DNA of 64,000 bases from Lingula anatina (lineage: Eukaryota; Animalia; Brachiopoda), in NCBI GenBank assembly GCA_051362555.1, contig CM120649.1, positions 1,178,001 through 1,242,000 of the forward strand, read 5' to 3'. The number at the start of each line of letters is the position of its first letter. Within the stretch, counting starts at the first letter, position 1. The position numbers were made by a program, and so were the translations under genes. This document shows, in pieces, positions 12,901 through 24,541 of this stretch. The notes under the pieces are model-generated. The model saw only the letters and a list, made by a program, of their open reading frames with translations, was not told the DNA's origin and ran no database searches.

Positions 12901-15900
12901 CATAAGTAACACAGTTTTCCCATAATGGTCATCAAGGCAGCAGCACCCAAAATTGTGTTTTCTTCTATTTTGATGCAACATTACATAATGCTTAACGGCA
13001 TAATGACCATCGATTTTTAATAATAAAATATAAGTGTCATGAATTTTCAGAAAATGTGACTAGCATGGGTCTTCAAGCCCGTGGAGGTTCTAAGTCACAC
13101 CTTGGAAATGCCAATATGTGAAAAATTACATTTTCACAAAAAACTGTTTAATTGCCAGAAAAATTTACCAAACAGACTGCATTGCCTACTGAAGCTGTAT
13201 TTTAGACCCATGTTTCTTTCCTGTAAGTTTGAGAACAGTAATTGACACGATTTTCCTTAAATGGTCATCATGGGAGCAGTGCCCAAAACAGGGGTTTCTT
13301 CAAATTTTGATGCAACATTACATAATGTTTAACAGCATAATGACCATCAATTTTTAATTATAAAATATTAGTATAACGCATATTCAGAAAATGTGACAAG
13401 CAAAGGTCTTCAGGATCATGGAACTTCAAAGTCATACATTGAAAATGCCAATATGTGAAAAATTAAATTTTCACAAAAAAACTGCTTAACTACCAGAAAA
13501 ATTTACCAAACAGACTGCATTGCCTACTGAAGCTGTATTTTAGTCCCATGTTTCTTTCCTGTAAGTTTGAGAACAGTAAGTGACATGACTTTCCTTAAAT
13601 GGTCATCATGGGAGCAGTGCCCAAAATAGGGGTTTCTTCAAATTTTGATGCAACATTACATAATGTTTTACAGCATAATGACCATCCATTTTTCATAATA
13701 AATTATACCTGTCATGGATTTAAAGAAAATGTGACTAGCATGGGTCTTCAAGCCCGTGGAGGTTCTAAGTCACACCTTGGAAATGCCAATAAGTAAAAAA
13801 TTAAATTTTCACAAAAAACTGTTTAATTGCCAGAAAAATTTACCAAACAGACTGCATTGTCTACTGAAGCTGTATTTTAGACCCATGTTTCTTTCCTGTA
13901 AGTTTGAGAACAGTAATTGACATGATTTTCCTTAAATGGTCATCATGGGAGCAGTGCCCAAAATAGGGGTTTCTTCAAATTTTGATGCAACATTACATAA
14001 TGTTTTGCAGCATAATGACCATCAATTTTTAATTATAAAATATTAGTATCATGGTTATTCAGAAAATGTGACTAGCAAAAGTCTTCAGGCCCATGGAACT
14101 TTAAAGTCACATATTGAAAATGCCAAAATGTAAACAAGACAGCACTGTTCTGAAATGGGTTTATTTCCATTTTTAACACTATTTTAACATAAAACAAAAT
14201 AAACAGTTTACTGCCATTTTTATATGACCAACTAAAAAAATTGATGAAATGGGAAAAGTATCAATAGAACAGTGTTAAATGTCCAATTTCCTCCATTCTG
14301 AGATTCTGAACATAGTGGATGATTGAATCTGACAAACTGCAATGATATGAGTTTATTTCCATTTTTGACACTTTATTACACAATACATGATAACAAGTTT
14401 ACCATGTTTTTTACATAATCAACTAACAATGTTGTAAAGATGCAGGAAATATCAAACAAACACTTTTAGGCATCTTATTAGTTAGAGAATTGATGAGATG
14501 GGAAAAGTATCAATAGAACAGTGTTAAATGTCCAATTTCCTCCATTCTGAGATTCTGAACATAGTGGATGAATGCATCTGACAAACTGCAATGATATGAG
14601 TTTATTTCCATTTTTGACACTTTATTACACAATACACGATAACAAGTTTACCATCATTTTTACATAATCAGCTAAAAATGTTGTAAAGATGCAGGAAATA
14701 TCAAACAAACACTTTTACATTTCTTATTAGTTCAATTATGAGACTGTTAACATGCCTAAGAATTGAATCTGTGGAATTGTGAAAAAACAGCATAACTCCT
14801 AAAATAATGGCCCGATTATACTGATTTTTGAACTCAACCTGCATTTTAGTAAGATTGACCACTCCTGTGAGTACAATGACAATTGGCCAATCTGTTTTTC
14901 TTATATTGTGTTTACGGTGTTGCATATATGCTGAAAAAAGTGAAAAAAAAAGCATAACTTCCCTAAAAATTACCCGATCATGCTGATTTTCGAACTTAAC
15001 CGGCGTATTATGAATATTCATCATTACTGTAAGTTTCAAGCCAAAATGTAGTACAGTTTTTCACTTATCGTGTTTACGGTGTTGCATATATGCTGAACAA
15101 GACAGCACTGTTCTGAAATGGGTTTATTTCCATTTTTAACACTTTTTTAACATAAAACAAAATAAACAGTTTACTGCCATTTTTATATGACCAACTAAAA
15201 AAATTGATGAAATGGGAAAAGTATCAATAGAACAGTGTTAAATGTCCAATTTCCTCCATTCTGAGATTCTGAACATAGTGGATGATTGAATCTGACAAAC
15301 TGCAATGATATGAGTTTATTTCCATTTTTGACACTTTATTACACAATACATGATAACAAGTTTACCATGTTTTTTACATAATCAACTAACAATGTTGTAA
15401 AGATGCAGGAAATATCAAACAAACACTTTTAGGCATCTTATTAGTTAAATTATGAGACTGTTAACATGCTTAAGAATTGAATCTGAGGAAATGTGAACAA
15501 AACAGTATAACTTCTAAAATAATGGCCCGATTATGCTGATTTTCGAACTCAACCTGCGTTTTAGTAAGATTGACCACTCCTGTGAGTATAATTACAATTG
15601 GCCAATCCGTTTTTCTTATATTGTGTTATCAGTGTTGCATTTATATTGACAAGCCTGTGGAACTTCAAAGTCACACCTTGAAAATGCCAATATGTGAAAA
15701 ATTAAATTTTCACAAAAAAAAAAAAAAAAAAAAAAAAATGTTTAAACTGGCAGTAAGAATTACCAAACAGACTGCATTGCCTACTGAAGCTGTATTCTAG
15801 TCCCATGTTTCTTTCCTGTAAGGTTGAGAACAGTAAGTGACATGGTTTTTCTTAAATGGTCATCATGGGAGCAGTGCCCAAAATAGTTTTTTTTTTTTTT

Positions 15901-17898
15901 TTTCAAATTTTGATGCAATATTACATAATGTTTAACAGCATAATGACCATCAATTTTTAATAATAAAATATTAGTATCATGGATATTCAGAAAATGTGAC
16001 TAGCAAAGGTCCTCAGGCCCATGGAGCTTCAAAGTCACAACTTGAAAATGCCAAAATGTAAACAAGACAGCACTGTTCTGAAAATTTTTTCCCCATTTTT
16101 AACAATTTTTTAACATAAAACAATATTAACAGGTTACTGCCATTTTTATACGATCAACTAAGAAAATTGATGAGATGGGAAAAATATCAATACAACAGTG
16201 TTAAATGTCCAATTTCCTCCATTCTGAGATTCTGAACATAGTGAATGATTGAATCTGACAAACAGCAATGATATGAGTTTATTTCCATTTTTGAAACTTT
16301 ATTACACAACACATGATAACAAGTTTACCATCATTTTTACATAATCAACTAACAATGTTGTAAAGATGCAGGAAATGTCAAACAAACACTTTTATGTATC
16401 TTATTAGTAAAATAATAAGACTGTTAACATGCCTAAGAATTGAATCTTAGGAAATGTGAAAAAACAGCATAACTTCTAAAATAATGCCCCGATTATGCTG
16501 ATTTTCGAACTCAACCTGCGTTTAAGTAAGATTGACCATTCCTGTGAGTTAAATGACAATTGGCCAATCTATTTTTCTTATATTGTGTTTACAGTGTTGC
16601 ATATATGCTGAAAAATGAAAAAACAGCATAACTACTAAAATAGTGGTCCGATCATGCTGATTTTCGAACTTGACCTGCGTTTTAGTAAGATTGATTACTC
16701 CTGTGAGTTTCATGACAACAGGCCTAATGGTTTTCCTTAAAATGTGTTTACAGGATTGCATATATGCTGAAAAGTGAAATAACAGCATAACTTCTACAAT
16801 AATGGCCCGATTATGCTGATTTTCGAACTTGATCTGCGTTTTATGAATATTCATCAGCTCTGTAAATATAAAGCCAAAAAGTAAAACTGCCCTCCACTTA
16901 TCGTGTTTACAAGGAAAGTGCACGGCGCCGACGGCGACGGCGACGACAGACGCAGGTGATGGCAATATGTACAGACACATCTGTGTCTGTACATAAAAAT
17001 AGTGAAAAAACAGCATAAATTCCATCAAAATAGCCCAATCATGCTGATTTTCGAACTTGACCTGCGTATTATGAATATTCATCAGTTCTGTAAGTTTCAA
17101 GTCAAAACGTAAAATGGTTTTCCACTTATCGTGTTATCGGTGCTGCATATATGCTGAAAAAAGTGAAAAAACAGCATAAATTCCCTAAAAGTGACCCGAT
17201 CATGCTGATTTTCGAACTTGACCTGCGTATTATGAATATTCATCAGTTCTGTAAGTTTCAAGTCAAAAGGTAAAATGGTTTTCCACTTATCGTGTTATCG
17301 GTGCTGCATATATGCTGAAAAAAGTGAAAAAACTGCATAAATTCCCTAAAAGTGACCCGATCATGCTGATTTTCGAACTTGACCTGCGTATTATGAATAT
17401 TCATCAGTTCTGTAAGTTTCAAGTCAAAACGTAAAATGGTTTTCCACTTATCGTGTTATCGGTGCTGCATATATGCTGAAAAAAGTGAAAAAACTGCATA
17501 AATTCCCTAAAAGTGACCCGATCATGCTGATTTTCGAACTTGACCTGCGTATTATGAATATTCATCAGTTCTGCAAGTTTCAAGTCAAAAGGTAAAATGG
17601 TTTTCCACTTATCGTGTTATCGGTAAAAGTGCACGGCGACGGCGACGACGGCGACGACAGACGCAGATGATGGCTATATGTACAGACACATCTGTGTCTG
17701 TACATAATAAAAATCATTGTATTGTATTGTATTGTATTGTATTGTATTGTAAAGTGTGTGGGTTTCCCTTTACTGGCATACATATTTCTCAGTTGACTAT
17801 ATTTCATTTTCAGGTGCCATGTATGCAAAAAGGATTTCAAAACCATGCCTGCCCTCAAGTCCCACATTTTACAGCACGCTCCGAAGAAACCCCCCTGA
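4509..17898 (+). CDS. APTX: Aprataxin (HIT-family DNA 5'-deadenylase with C2H2 zinc finger), 203 aa; exons 4509-4679, 5337-5455, 6768-6818, 7269-7372, 7823-7904, 17814-17898
   Basis: GT-AG introns with consistent phases give [91 protein letters not shown], matching aprataxin motifs throughout. Confidence 0.95.
4807..5096. mobile_element. hAT-like MITE, same family as 2728-2943 in opposite orientation (APTX intron 1)
   Basis: CAGTGGCGGAT...ATCTACCCCTG termini; flanking AACATA repeat; preceded by a (CTA)n run. Confidence 0.7.
5586..6519. mobile_element. PIF/Harbinger-like non-autonomous element (APTX intron 2)
   Basis: ~34-bp TIR GGCCACACTTTTTTATTTTTATGGATGACATCCT / AGGATGTCATCCATAAAATTAAAAAAGTATGGCC with TTA TSD on both sides. 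Confidence 0.8.
9229..9389. mobile_element. hAT-like MITE family (CAG..GGATCCAGAGA...CCGCCCCTG), degenerate copy
   Basis: Homologous to 19792-19959 and 44306-44473. Confidence 0.7.
9621..9858 (+). mobile_element. Short Helentron-associated (HINE/DINE-1-like) element
   Basis: Subterminal inverted repeat CTCTGCCAAGG / CCTTGGCAGAG, GACA microsatellite remnant, 3' hairpin ACCTC...GAGGT, A/T-rich flanks. Confidence 0.6.
10283..12338. mobile_element. Kolobok-like non-autonomous DNA transposon (~2.06 kb) in APTX intron 5
   Basis: TTAA|GGAGGGAATGTA ... TACATCCGCTCC|TTAA: imperfect TIR, RR..YY termini, TTAA TSD; no transposase ORF recognised. Confidence 0.65.
12390..14131. repeat. Tandem array of ~337-bp unit (~5 copies, left ones diverged); further copy ~15655-16060
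   Basis: AAAATGTGAC(T/A)AGCA recurs at ~13051, 13388, 13726, 14063; degenerate copies at ~12390 and ~12720. Confidence 0.9.
14132..17712 (+). mobile_element. Composite Helentron/HINE-like elements carrying ~160-bp tandem core repeats
   Basis: Left end AACAAGACAGCACTGTTCTG repeated at ~14133, 15097, 16061; 160-bp units (e.g. ~17003, 17163, 17323, 17483); two right ends with (GACGGC/GAC)n microsatellite then 14-bp-stem hairpin TATGTACAGACACA-TC-TGTGTCTGTACATA (16966-16995, 17677-17706) then A-run. Confidence 0.7.
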
Positions 17899-19791
17899 CG
17901 CACGAGCTTAAGACAGTTTGTCTTTGCGAAATGTTTCCTTTTCTTCAAATGTTCTTGATGATATGTGGTATAAATGGATGGCACTTGCACATTGAAGAAA
18001 TAAATTCTATCCTGTTTAAAAAAAGTTTATGAAGATTCTTGTTTGTGCTGAAATGTTGAAATTGATGGAACATACACAGTTGAAATAAATAATCCTGAAT
18101 ATTGCGGTGACTTTGTCCCATCAATAATACCAGTTGCACTGAAATGAAATGTTATTTAAATACTCATGGGTATATACTGTACAATGAAAAAGATATCTAC
18201 AAGAATCTTATGTAAAAGGATGTTTACAACTAGACTTATTAATTTACAAGGGCCATTGTACATGCATTAGCTGATTTTGGGGGGGGGGGGGGGGAAGAAG
18301 GGGAGTAAAGGAGGTCCGGACCCTCCCACCCCCCATCCCCTTCGGTTTCTGAAAAACTACTTCCCTATTGAAATAAGAATTTTCACTAGCTAAAGCATAG
18401 TTTTCTTCCAAGTAAATTATAACAGATGACTTTTTGCTCAGATTAACACACGTGTCCACGCACAGTATTATACTAAAACTCCAGTGTACTTCTGTGCCCC
18501 TTATGTCCAGCTCAAGTCCATTACATAAAATGAATACATCATGAACTGTAGCTCCCCCCCCCCCCCGACCTTTTTGAAAATGTCCTAACGTCACATTTTT
18601 ATATGTGTACATATCCTGCAAAGAGTAATATGATCTTTTTTATATTGTGAATCCATAGCCCATAACTTTTGGGGGAGTTTCCAGCATAAGTGAATGGAAA
18701 GTTATAAGTAATGATTAACTGACCTTAAACAGCCGCCATTTTTCTGTCAACTCAAGTGGCAATTAGTCGCAAATTAAATTAGTCACAATTAAATAAGTAA
18801 CAATTAAATTTCCCAACAAAATATATCTTGAGTGGTACGGTATATGTACATGTAAACGTGTGATTCTTGAAGCTGATTGGTGAATCTCGCCCCCCCTCCC
18901 CCCCCCCCCCCCCCCCAAAAAAAATAATAAATAAATCAGTACCAATCAATGCCTGAGCTGGATAACATCTGGCAGGTTGTTAGAGGTCTCCACCTATTAT
19001 AAGTTCACGCAATTTGATGAAATTACATCCAAAGGTAGGGCCTAAGCATACAAAATTCTGTAAAAACCCCCAAAGGGTTTCCCTGTGTTATTTTTTCATT
19101 TTTTTTATTAACAATAAACAATATATATGATAATCAAATCAGTTCATCCTACGGGTATCATCCATCTACAAAAATTTTTAACAAAAAAAAATGAAATTAA
19201 GGCCCCTGTCGTCAGAGAAAAAAATTTCGCTTATTAATGTGCAGAGTGGTACATGTAACAGCAAATTAATAGAGTTGCTTCTGACAATCACCTTCGCTTC
19301 ATGTTGCTCATGTAATGTAAATTGATAAAGATGAGAAGTGTCAGCTTTGACAGGATTCACTCGCTTTGCACCTATCAAAACTGTCATTTTAATGTGAAAT
19401 GTTGCCAAGGTGTTAAATACGAGAAAGATATGACTGGGAAATGAAATGTTACAAACTTAAGGATGAACCACGAGTCAAGGTGAGTGTTATACATCGAGCA
19501 AAAAAGCTCGTTTCCCTTACTTAAATGTTATTACCTGCAGTGTATACCCCTACCTCTTGAAGCTAATTACTTCTATTATCAGACATGGGGAAAACTTTGG
19601 AGTAACTGAAGGTCGGGGGGACCCGCTCGACAAGAAATAAGCAGGTTTTCCCCATCTTGTTAACATATTGTTTGTTATTATGTTTTGTATTTTCACATAA
19701 ACCTTATCAGTCTTAAGGCCCTGCGATATTAAAAATCTTGTAAGTCGTCTGCCATTTTAAGTGGTCATAAAAAGATGGACAGGCACTTTTA

Positions 19792-19959
19792 CAGGAGCAG
19801 ATCCAGAGATATTTTCTGAGACCATTCCAAATTATCTTTGATGATCCATCCCCCATTTCTGACGGTCTTCCAACAGAAAAGATCAGATACCTGTCAATGT
19901 AAACTTGAAAATCTGACCGTCTTCCGGAAGACCCAGAAGACGGTCTAAATCCGTCCCTG
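19792..19959. mobile_element. hAT-like MITE (family of 9229 and 44306)
   Basis: CAGGAGCAGATCCAGA...TAAATCCGTCCCTG termini; three copies in window. Confidence 0.75.
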
Positions 19960-21449
19960 GTTTTAGTTCCCCACGTCTGATATTCAGCGTACGTTTTATG
20001 AAAAAATTCCATACGGTTTCGTGTATTTTTCATGCATATTTTAGCAATATGTTTCAGTTCCTTTATATGATAACTATAACACGGCGTGCACGACTCTAAA
20101 CCAAATAACCTGTTGTATGCGATTCTCGATTCAAATTCGGAGCTATCGTACATGTATTATTGTCCTGCTGCTTCCGTAGATACGATGCAATAAATAAATA
20201 GAAGGGGTACGAATATTTCAAAAGAAAATTTTGAAAAGATTTTAGACAAAGGAGAAAAACCTCGAACGCCGATACACAATTCTAACTTTTCAGCATAAAA
20301 CCCTATCCTACCAAACGCCCTACTGTTATTTTAATAAGATTGAAAAAAAGAATAAGGAAACGAAGCAATATCATTTTACTATCAAATACGAATCCTCCCA
20401 AACACCCTATTTGTTATTTTAAGAAGATTGAAAAAAGAAGAAGGAAATGAAATAATGATATTATTTTACTAGTTGTCTGAAAACTATTGCTTTATAATTC
20501 TGCTATATAAGCGATAAGACTCGTATTACTGTTTCTCTTTTGGTTTTCTTTAGATTGATTTGTTGTATTTTTTATTTTAAAGTTGGATTAAAAAGAAAGA
20601 GGAAATGAAACAAACACTGCAACAGTATCATTTTTACTAGTTCTCTGAAAACTATTGCTACATAATTGTGCAATATATGCCATAAGGTAGACGTGTAACT
20701 GGTTTTATTTTATTTTATTTTTTTATTTATTTCATTTTTTTTTCGCTTCCTTTAGATTGTTTGATGTATGGAAACACAAGGGAAGGACACCGTTTATTAT
20801 TGCTCAAACTCCCTTAGCTAAGTCCTCGATCTACCATTCCAGTCCATAAACACGTTTTTTTCTTTTTTCTTTTTTTTTCTTTTTTTGCATATTGGCATAA
20901 ACGTTTGATGACGGTATAGGGTCCTAAAATACGTTAATGCCTTATCATTGCATCAATGTAGATTCAATATAGATCCACAAGCTGTACAATTAATATGCTT
21001 TGCCGGGGGGGGGGGGGGGGGGGGTTCAGTATATCAGTGCAGAACACAGGTTATTTGTACCACGTTGATATTCGTCTACCCCAGTAGACGCTTGTGACTT
21101 CAGAAGGACAGAAAAGAAGAAAAAAGTTAATGCTTCAAATGTACAGGGGGTGGAGGCCATTGTGCCCTTGTATCCCCTCCCCCCACCCACATCTCCGCAT
21201 CCTATGCAAAGTCCCAATAGATATACATATATATATATTTATATATTTATTTCACTGCAGTAGCATTGGCATACCCTCTACGGTACCATGGTGACAGATT
21301 GATTTTCCACAGATATTCACAGATATGTCTATAGATAAATAGACAGTCATTTTGGCTCTCAGTCGATTCAGCAAAATATGTCCACAATAATAACTGCGGC
21401 CAAGGTAGAGGGTTGCATTAGCACACGAACGCAAAGGTTGGCAGTTCAG

Positions 21450-22436
21450 TTACTCATCATCATCAAAATCCGACTCAAAGATGGACGCGGGTCTTATCTT
21501 GGTGTGTCCGTAATGCTTACGGAACCGATTATCCAGCAAAATTTTGGCTATTTCTGTGTGTCCGTTTCTACTCGCCCAGTAGACGGCATCGTGCCCCTCG
21601 TGGTCTTTGGAATTCACGTTGTCCCCGTACTCCAAGAGGAACTTGACGGCGGTCACGTGACCATGGGCGGCGGCCACCATGATAGGGGTGACACCCTTTT
21701 TATCCGGGATGCACTCAGCACCGTAGCGGATGAGCAAGCGAAGGCCGTTCACGTTCCCTCCCCTCGCGCACCATGCGAGTAACGTCATTCCGTCCGCGTC
21801 TTGCTCGTTTACTTTGTTATAATGGGCTTCTTTTAAGAGGTACTTTGCGACCTCGAAATGGATTCTGTCTTTGGTGCTGAGGGCAGCTAGCAGGCAATTA
21901 TAGTTAACTTCAACGCCAGCTGTGTTTTCGATGAGAAATTTCACAATGGTGCAATGGCCTGAATAGCAAGCCACTTGCAGGGCCGTAGAACCGATAGCCG
22001 TCCGTTCGTTGATACTTTTGTCACCCCCAAGCCAAACAATCGCTTTCACCAGGTTCACATTTCCCATTTGGCACGCGATCCAAAGCGGGGTAGCATCTGC
22101 GACTTTTATGACACCACCCCTGTCCAGAGCGACATCAACCGTCCCTTTCCGGCAGACGTCTGCCTTGCACTCGTTGACCAAATACGCCAAAATATTTGCA
22201 GAACCTGATTTCACCGCAAGATGTACAAAAGTCATGTCTTTGTAAGGAGACCCCACAAGTTTCTGCATTCGCTCTGGTCCCAATTCATTTCTCATTTCTT
22301 TAATGGCAAACAGATTCTTTTGTTCCATCAACTCGGCTAATTTGGTCTGGTATTTGGGCAAAAGGGCCATTTCTTCATTTCGCTCTGTCGTCTGCGTGTC
22401 AGTGACGTCATACAGCTTTGAAGTTTCTGTTCCCAT
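21450..22436 (-). CDS. Fem-1-like ankyrin-repeat protein, 328 aa, single coding exon
   Basis: Long, higher-GC ORF with ankyrin repeats (TFVHLAVKSG, ATPLWIACQMGNVNLVK, STALQVACYSGHCTIVKFL, VTPIMVAAAHGHVTAVKFLL, DAVYWASRNGHTEIAKILL); Fem-1-type insertion GTVDV..ADATPLW; acceptor TTTTCTAG just upstream of ATG at 22436. Confidence 0.85.
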   Translation of the reverse strand: MGTETSKLYDVTDTQTTERNEEMALLPKYQTKLAELMEQKNLFAIKEMRNELGPERMQKLVGSPYKDMTFVHLAVKSGSANILAYLVNECKADVCRKGTVDVALDRGGVIKVADATPLWIACQMGNVNLVKAIVWLGGDKSINERTAIGSTALQVACYSGHCTIVKFLIENTAGVEVNYNCLLAALSTKDRIHFEVAKYLLKEAHYNKVNEQDADGMTLLAWCARGGNVNGLRLLIRYGAECIPDKKGVTPIMVAAAHGHVTAVKFLLEYGDNVNSKDHEGHDAVYWASRNGHTEIAKILLDNRFRKHYGHTKIRPASIFESDFDDDE

Positions 22437-23796
22437 GACGAGGGCTAGAAAATAAATGAACACGTTTTAAAATTTTAAGTACACATCTGTTCTCGTTAAT
22501 GTTATTTTGCCCCGTTCCACAACAGTCATTTGGAAACTTATTTATGACTTTGTAAGACGCAGGTTTAAAAAAACTGATTGTTGTGACCTTTATAAGCTTT
22601 CATCTTTCATCATTAAGCTCTTCACCATTATGCTTCTTTCTTGCAAAGTAAAACGAATTCAAAATCTTGATATAATTTGGTGGATGATGTTTAGTGTCAC
22701 TTTTAGGTGATAAGAAGTGGGGGGGGGGGGGGGGGAGAGACAAGGGTAACGCTTCAAAGACAATGAACCGATTCCCTGCGTTCTGGAAAGGTTGAAAACC
22801 ACTGTTTTCGGCAGTATTAAAGACAGTATTAGATATTTTGTAAAACTGTAATGAAATGCCATTATGTTAGGTAAATTTACTGCTTTCAAAAATATCAGGA
22901 AGAAATGGAAATTTGATCTTGGAATTCAGCTGCCAATTCTGAAAATCTTTCAACTCGATATTCATTGCGGTAAGGCTATATGTGGAAAGGATTTTCTTCT
23001 AGCGTCCCTTGCGCTTTACAACAATATACTGAATGTGTACAAACGTAGGCCTACCTTAAAAGCGTAATCATTACGAAATACTATAGATTATACATTTGGT
23101 GATCTAAATACTAATTACCTTTATGTTAAGAGAGAGAGAGAGAGAAAGTCATACAGTGCACATACCTTTTTATCGCTTTGGTTAAAAGAAAAAAGACCCT
23201 CAAATCGCGTCGCCAGGTTCTGGTACCTGCCCAGCTCAGCGTTAAAATGCCTTCTGCGTATTTCAACTCTGTGAAGTATGGCACGTGCGTTCAATCCCTG
23301 ACTACTCCTAATTATTTTGATTGACACACACGCTGGGGAAACCTTGTTGGCGTACCGGAGTAGTGAAACTTTGCCAATAAAATTGGCACGAATTTTATTT
23401 ACCGTATTTCTGGCTATTTTCATGTTTATTAAGTGTCCATTGCTGTTTAAAAAAAAACGTGCCCATTGTCTGGTTCTCTATCATATTTAGGAGACACCCT
23501 GGGATCCTTTCCAGAATATGTTTGTATATTTACATCAGAAAAATTGGGTTGAATTTTAGGAGATTCTGGTTTGTGAGACAAGGAGTGGTCTATCCATTTA
23601 TCTATTTACCCTTTTCACCCCCCAGCTGAAATAATGCTTAAGCGAATGTATATTCCAGTTAATTTTCGAGGTTTTCCTTGATATCTTTCTTATGTGTAAA
23701 ATTCAAGATGCAGCGATCCGTGTATCACAAATGGACATTCTAAGCAAATCTGCGAATAAAACGCAAAATCTTACAGACAACATGCCGACTTTCGTC

Positions 23797-23970
23797 GGGG
23801 CCGTAGCAATAGTCCGAAGGTTCAATAGTCCGAAGGTTCATTGGTCCGAATATTCACTATAGAACCTTCGGACCAATGAACCCTTGATTAAAAAATCGAT
23901 GAAAATGTCACCACTTTTCGGACCAATGAACCTTCGGACCAATGAACCTTCGGACTATCGAGACGCCCCC
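23797..23970. mobile_element. Foldback MITE with internal 15-bp repeats
   Basis: GGGG..(ATAGTCCGAAGGTTC)n versus (TTCGGACCAATGAACC)n..CCCCC; flanking TTCGTC direct repeat. Confidence 0.75.
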
Positions 23971-24204
23971 CTTCGTCTGTTGTAAATCGTTTCATTTAGT
24001 GCACGATGGGCATTTTTTTTTCCAATTTACCGAAGTTCGCCATGAAACACTGGTTTCACCTTGCAGATCGTCAAGGTAGATTAAGGTAAACCTTTTCAAT
24101 TTTACAATTTGATAGTGTAAAACTGCCATGTTATTTCGATATATGATTAAGCATGAAAAAATTGTCTCTTTTTCCTTCTCCTTCTCCTCCTCCCCCTCTC
24201 CCAC

Positions 24205-24245
<41 letters not shown>

Positions 24246-24405
24246 TGGTAGGCCATACTCATGAGATCATTTTGCAAATCCAACTCCAAGCCAGAATTTT
24301 CCACGGTGTCTAGTTACGCGTAGCCATCAACTACTTGAAGTGCTTCAGCCTTCAGTTTTCAGAACTACATGACAGCCGCCCAATTAAGACTCCGTAACTC
24401 CGTAA

Positions 24406-24541
24406 GGCTCCGTAACTCGAAAGCATCGCGTATTCCGAATAGCGATATCACATGTATTATATGAGGCGAGTATGGGCGAGTTATGGAATCGAGACGCTTG
24501 CGCTCGGTCGCAATGCGCGATGCTTTCGAGTTACGGGGTCC
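24406..24541. mobile_element. Small TIR element (Harbinger-like MITE)
   Basis: CCGTAACTCGAAAGCATCGCG / CGCGATGCTTTCGAGTTACGG inverted repeats. Confidence 0.7.

Noticed and set aside
16549-17100. 183-aa ORF (and 14701-15039) with internal repeats
   Set aside because: Translation of the 160-bp satellite units; crosses the element's hairpin end; no protein motif.
17580-18032. Overlapping 136-aa and 121-aa ORFs
   Set aside because: Span a repeat end and (ATTGT)n; the real coding part is the APTX exon 17814-17898 in another frame.
19713-20153. 146-aa minus-strand ORF
   Set aside because: Largely made of a MITE present three times in the window; no recognisable domain.
21378-22245. Plus-strand ORFs of 77-134 aa
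   Set aside because: Antisense to the ankyrin gene.
22437-22463. ORF-track N-terminal extension MFIYFLALV as a signal peptide
   Set aside because: It is a GTG-started reading of the polypyrimidine tract/splice acceptor; the first ATG is at 22436.
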